Source of the DNA: Candidatus Latescibacterota bacterium
GTDB taxonomy: Bacteria; Latescibacterota; UBA2968; UBA8231
Reading direction: 5' to 3'
DNA length: 64,000 nucleotides
NCBI GenBank assembly: GCA_965200315.1
Contig: OZ241362.1
Span: forward strand, 4,000,001-4,064,000
Below, in pieces: positions 60,173 to 64,000 of the stretch (the first letter of the stretch is position 1; each line of letters starts with the position of its first letter). The notes under the pieces were generated by a model. The model saw only the letters and a list, made by a program, of their open reading frames with translations. It was not told the origin of the DNA and searched no databases. The position numbers were made by a program, and so were the translations under genes.

Positions 60173-61225
60173 TCAACCGAAAAATACCGTAGCTAGGTCG
60201 TATAGCTCTTGGTCAACTACCTTGAGCTGATTGACCGCATCGGCGAGTGGGATCGCCACGATTTCATTGCCTTGCAGACTCACCATCTTGCCAAAGTCGC
60301 CTTTATGCACCAAGTCGATGGCGGCAATGCCAAAGCGCGTCCCCAAGACGCGGTCGAAGGCCGTGGGCGTCCCCCCGCGCTGCAAATGCCCGAGCACTGT
60401 AACCCGCGTCTCGTAGCTGGTTGCCTCCTCGACCGCGTTGGCGACGAGTTGGCCGACGCCACCCAGCTTGACGTGGCCGAATTCGTCGAGCCCCCCTTCG
60501 GAGACCACGTATTCTTTCTCCCCGCCCTCCTCGGAAATCAATTGCGCTCCCTCGGCCACCACCACAATTGAAAAGTCCTTGCCGCGTTCGTGTCGCTTGC
60601 GGATGGTGCTGACGATTTCCTCGATGGTGTATTTCTGCTCGGGGATGAGGATCATATCCGCGCCACCGGCCAAGCCAGCGTGAAGGGCGATCCAACCGCT
60701 GTGCCTCCCCATGACCTCGATGACCATCACTCGGTTGTGCGATTCGGCTGTGGTGTGAATTCGGTCGATGGCCTCGGTGACGATATTGACCGCCGTGTCA
60801 AAACCAAACGTGTAGTCCGTGCCATTCAGATCGTTGTCAATGGTCTTGGGCACGCCCACGACTGGCACACCCATGTCCGTTAGCTTGTTAGCTACCCCTA
60901 GCGTGTCCTCGCCCCCGATGGCCACGAGCGCGTCTAACTTTATCCGCCGCATGTTATCGACGACGATTTCGCCGCCATCTTCCTCTTTGAACGGGTTAGT
61001 GCGCGACGTGCCGAGGATGGTGCCGCCCTTGGGCAAGATACCGGAAATCTCTTCCAGTCCCAACGGCTCCCAGTCGCACTCTAACATCCCTTTCCAGCCC
61101 TTGAGAATGCCGCGAAAGCGATATCGATATGCCGTAATGCCCTTGCGCACTACAGCGCGAATGACGGCATTGAGCCCCGGACAGTCGCCTCCTCCGGTCA
61201 ATATGCCGATCGTTTTTTCGGCCAT
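60173..61225 (-). CDS. pfkA: Phosphofructokinase, mixed-substrate group III
   Basis: TGGGDCPGLN, GGEDT, PKTIDND, EVMGR, LGHLQRGG; start MAEKTI. Confidence 0.93.
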   Translation of the reverse strand: MAEKTIGILTGGGDCPGLNAVIRAVVRKGITAYRYRFRGILKGWKGMLECDWEPLGLEEISGILPKGGTILGTSRTNPFKEEDGGEIVVDNMRRIKLDALVAIGGEDTLGVANKLTDMGVPVVGVPKTIDNDLNGTDYTFGFDTAVNIVTEAIDRIHTTAESHNRVMVIEVMGRHSGWIALHAGLAGGADMILIPEQKYTIEEIVSTIRKRHERGKDFSIVVVAEGAQLISEEGGEKEYVVSEGGLDEFGHVKLGGVGQLVANAVEEATSYETRVTVLGHLQRGGTPTAFDRVLGTRFGIAAIDLVHKGDFGKMVSLQGNEIVAIPLADAVNQLKVVDQELYDLATVFFG

Positions 61226-61314
61226 AATTCGGATTCCTTGGCTCTCGGCCAACTTTGGTCCAGCTTGGAGTATGGGGGATTTCAAAAGTGTCTGAATGTA
61301 GGAGTTTGTTAGAA

Positions 61315-61998
61315 TTAGGTCAACAGATCAGACTCGTCCGCGCCCGAGCGCGCTAAGACAACGGCCCACAGGCGGTCGCCCCCCACGGCTTGGGCACAGG
61401 CGGTCATGGTCTCCCCAGTCGTCCACACGTCATTTACGATCCCGATTCGAGCATCTGCAGGCGGCGCGGCGCCTAAGGCAAACGCCCCGGCGAGATTGGC
61501 GCGGCGTTCTTCTGCCGACAACAGGGCCTGTTGCCGCGTGTTTTTCTGCCGCCGCACGATCCGGGAGCACACCGGCACCCCGAGCACGGCCCCCAACCCA
61601 GCGGCTATTTCCGCGCTCTGATTGAACCCGCGCTCCCGCAGCCGAGCCGGGTGCAAAGGCACGGGCAACAAGCAGTCCAACGGGGCGAGTTGCTCGGCCA
61701 AGCACTGCCCCATGCGCTCGCCCAACGCCCTTCCTAGCCGCACTTGGTTGCGAAACTTAAGCGCGTAAATGGCCTGTTGCAGCGCACCGGTGAAAGGCCC
61801 CAAAGAGACGACCTTTTCAAACGCACCTCCTCCGTCCTTGGTCTGAGGATGCGAGCAGGGCGACACAATCTCGGCCCAGCACGACTCGCACAGCAGTTCG
61901 GCGGCCTCAATGTTCGCTTCGCAAACCGCACAGTGCGGCGGATAGGCAAAGTCCAACAGGGCACGGCCCCACGTCTGTAGTGTTTCCATTTTGCCCAT
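61315..61998 (-). CDS. comF: ComF family protein (zinc finger + PRTase-like)
   Basis: YPPHCAVC..LCESC, PVPLH..RERGFNQS, RRANL.GAF, NDVWTTG. Confidence 0.88.
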   Translation of the reverse strand: MGKMETLQTWGRALLDFAYPPHCAVCEANIEAAELLCESCWAEIVSPCSHPQTKDGGGAFEKVVSLGPFTGALQQAIYALKFRNQVRLGRALGERMGQCLAEQLAPLDCLLPVPLHPARLRERGFNQSAEIAAGLGAVLGVPVCSRIVRRQKNTRQQALLSAEERRANLAGAFALGAAPPADARIGIVNDVWTTGETMTACAQAVGGDRLWAVVLARSGADESDLLT

Positions 61999-62034
61999 TT
62001 TGTCCCTCCAAGGTCGCATTGTAGGGGCTCCGCA

Positions 62035-62358
62035 GTGCGTTGTATGCCATACAGAAAAAAACGTGCCAATCTAGTGATCAGGCTTGAAGATGTTGACAGC
62101 CGCCAAGGTAGAGCGGTTTTTAGAAGCGGATACTTCCAAGGCTTAGAAAGCGAAGTGGCCATTCTGGTTATCCCCGTAACTGAAGAGCACACTAGGATAG
62201 GAGGAAGCGTCATCCTACCTCGCCAGCAACTTCTGAACAAAATGCTCTATACCGGCATGAGCCGGGCCAAGGCAATGCTCATAATCGTTGCCGATGAGAG
62301 CTACGAAAGAACCTTGGAGAGGCAGCAGACAATAGGACACCCACCATCCCACAGCTAA
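62035..62358 (+). pseudogene. C-terminal remnant of an SF1 (UvrD-like) helicase
   Basis: Only motifs V/VI remain: FQGLESEVAILV and LYTGMSRAK; no Walker A/B upstream. Confidence 0.7.
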
Positions 62359-62843
62359 TTCAGGTTTTCAAGATGCTTCGCGAGCTTTGTCCCGTCGGCC
62401 CCATCGTCATAATCTTTATGCTTTGCCCACTCGAAACACCGCTGGGCGAGGACAGTCCTGTCGTTCAAGAATAGTGATTGTACTCCGAGGTAGTAGAAGT
62501 AGGTAGCACTTTCAGGATGATTGCTATCTTTCATCCTGTTGACAACCTCTTTATCGTCAACCGTGTCTTTGACTCTGACCCAAATGCCCGCCATGCCCGC
62601 CGCGGCCCCAATTCTGCCATCCACTAGTTCGATAGCTCTTTCAACCGCGCCTTGGCCTCCCTATGCGAATTTACGATCCATGAAGTCGGCCTCATAATCA
62701 GGACAGAGCCTGACGGTGCTGTCATAGTTCTCGATCGCTTGTGCCTCATCACCTAAATCGTTGTAGAGGCCGCCCATGTTGAGATAACTTATAGCATGGC
62801 TAGGGCTGAGCCGCAGCACTTCCGTGCAGCTACAGTTCATCAT
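62355..62843 (-). pseudogene. TPR protein remnant with an in-frame TAG
   Basis: VLRLSPSHAISYLNMGGLYNDLGDEAQAIENY; the frame continues past TAG at 62661-62663 (GGQGAVERAIEL) into ORF 62355-62624. Confidence 0.65.
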
Positions 62844-62907
62844 TTTCCGTTCAATAATATAGAGTGAGCCTAATACACTCCCTAACCCCTTAAAACGAGG
62901 ATCAATT

Positions 62908-64000
62908 ATGCCCCTCCTATACGCGCTCTTCTTTCTCGCCTTGGCCGAGGCCCTACCCGCCGAGTACAAACTACTCCACGGCCCAGACCCCAAAGACCCC
63001 ATGGCGGCCCACATCTACCAGTTGGACAACGGCCTGACAGTCTATTTAACCCAGAACACAGAAGAGCCGCGCTTCTACGCCGAAATCGCCGTCCGCGCCG
63101 GTTCCAAACACGACCCCCAAGACGCCACCGGCATCGCCCATTACCTAGAGCACATGCTCTTCAAGGGCAGCAAGAAAATCGGCACTCTCGACTACGAAAA
63201 GGAGCGGGTCCACCTCGACCGCATTGAGGTGCTCTACGAGCAGCACTTTGGCGAGACCGACCCGGAAAAAAGGGCCGCCATCTACGCCCAGATCAACGCC
63301 GAAAACCAACTCGCCGCCCAATACGCCATTCCCAACGAACTCGACCGCCTCTACACCGCAATGGGCGAGCGCGGCCTCAACGCCCATACTTGGGTTGAGG
63401 AAACCGTCTATAAAGTGGAACTGCCGGCCAATCGTCTGGCCCAATGGGCCAAGGTCGAGGCCGAGCGCTTTCACGAGCCGGTCTTCCGCCTCTTCCAAAC
63501 CGAGTTGGAAACCGTCTATGAGGAAAAAAACCGCTCCCTCGACAACAAGCGCCGCGTCATCTACAAGGCCGTGCAGGAGCATTTCTACAAGGTCCATCCC
63601 TACCGTATCACCACGCTAGGCACCGTAGAGCACCTGAAAAACCCCTCGCTAGAGCGCATGTACGAGTTTTACAACATGTATTACGTGCCCAACAACATGG
63701 CGATCTTTATCTCCGGCGACATTGACATTGACGAGACCATCCAGCTCATCGACCGCGAATTTTCGCTCTGGCAGCGCAGGGAACTGCCCCCATTTCCCGA
63801 GTACAAAGAGCCTGAGATCGACGGAGCAGAACGGGTCGCGGTCAATTATCCCGGCGAGGAATACGTGCTGTTGGCCTTTCGCACGGCCGAGCGGTCGCAC
63901 GAGGACGCCGAGACCTTGCAAATCCTCGATATGATCCTCGACAACGCCACGGCCGGGCTGATCAACCTCAATCTCAATCAGCAGCAGAAGGTGCGCGAAG
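62908..64000 (+). CDS. M16 family zinc peptidase (insulinase), runs off the right edge
   Basis: Translated by hand: MPLLYALFFLALAEA..LDNGLTVYL..VRAGSKHDP..TGIAHYLEHMLFKG (HXXEH), LNAHT, YYVPNNMA; RBS GAGG. Confidence 0.92.
   Translation, partial: MPLLYALFFLALAEALPAEYKLLHGPDPKDPMAAHIYQLDNGLTVYLTQNTEEPRFYAEIAVRAGSKHDPQDATGIAHYLEHMLFKGSKKIGTLDYEKERVHLDRIEVLYEQHFGETDPEKRAAIYAQINAENQLAAQYAIPNELDRLYTAMGERGLNAHTWVEETVYKVELPANRLAQWAKVEAERFHEPVFRLFQTELETVYEEKNRSLDNKRRVIYKAVQEHFYKVHPYRITTLGTVEHLKNPSLERMYEFYNMYYVPNNMAIFISGDIDIDETIQLIDREFSLWQRRELPPFPEYKEPEIDGAERVAVNYPGEEYVLLAFRTAERSHEDAETLQILDMILDNATAGLINLNLNQQQKVRE

Noticed and set aside
62053-62070. TTGGCACG upstream of comF as a sigma54 promoter
   Set aside because: Good -24 element but no GC at -12, and it lies within the helicase remnant.
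62661-62663. In-frame TAG as pyrrolysine or stop-codon recoding
   Set aside because: TAG is an ordinary stop for many genes here, prfA is intact, and the gene is otherwise truncated; a nonsense mutation is simpler.

Overview
A GC-rich bacterial chromosomal segment. Secreted proteins with dockerin-like 'DFFLxADxFG' motifs and a 'T-x-W-x-x-x-K'-like C-terminal tail suggest a Latescibacterota-like lineage (inference only). Most of the window is housekeeping: hpt, recA, radA, prmC-prfA-DUF1385-rpmE2-rho, dnaG, mpl, hisC, rel, recD2, map, dnaE, pfk-pgk-tpiA-secG, comF, an M16 peptidase and three tRNAs (Ile2-CAT, Val-CAC, Leu-GAG). The most interesting part is a tightly packed membrane operon at about 23.8-34.9 kb. 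It encodes a DUF6785-type polytopic protein; a 1585-aa fusion of a PA/M28 pseudo-peptidase (nicalin/nicastrin-like, zinc ligands altered, tandem RecA-CTD-like insert) with a MacB/FtsX permease; an OPT-like transporter with a circularly permuted FN3 insert; an unknown two-repeat protein; a stand-alone PqqD/RRE protein; and a PAP2-like protein. The locus has no ATPase, precursor peptide or RiPP maturase, so it is a candidate uncharacterised peptide recognition/transport system. Defence and accessory genes are eroding by internal deletion: a type I R-M/YhcG locus has four deletion junctions and a frameshift, a DUF4011-DUF3320 gene has lost its helicase core in frame, and there are UvrD and TPR remnants. 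Also seen are a probable TA-flanked MITE, an SOS-like palindrome inside the recA promoter, sigma54/IHF-like sites and a long pyrimidine-rich rho leader. All family calls come from motif recognition by eye; no searches were run.
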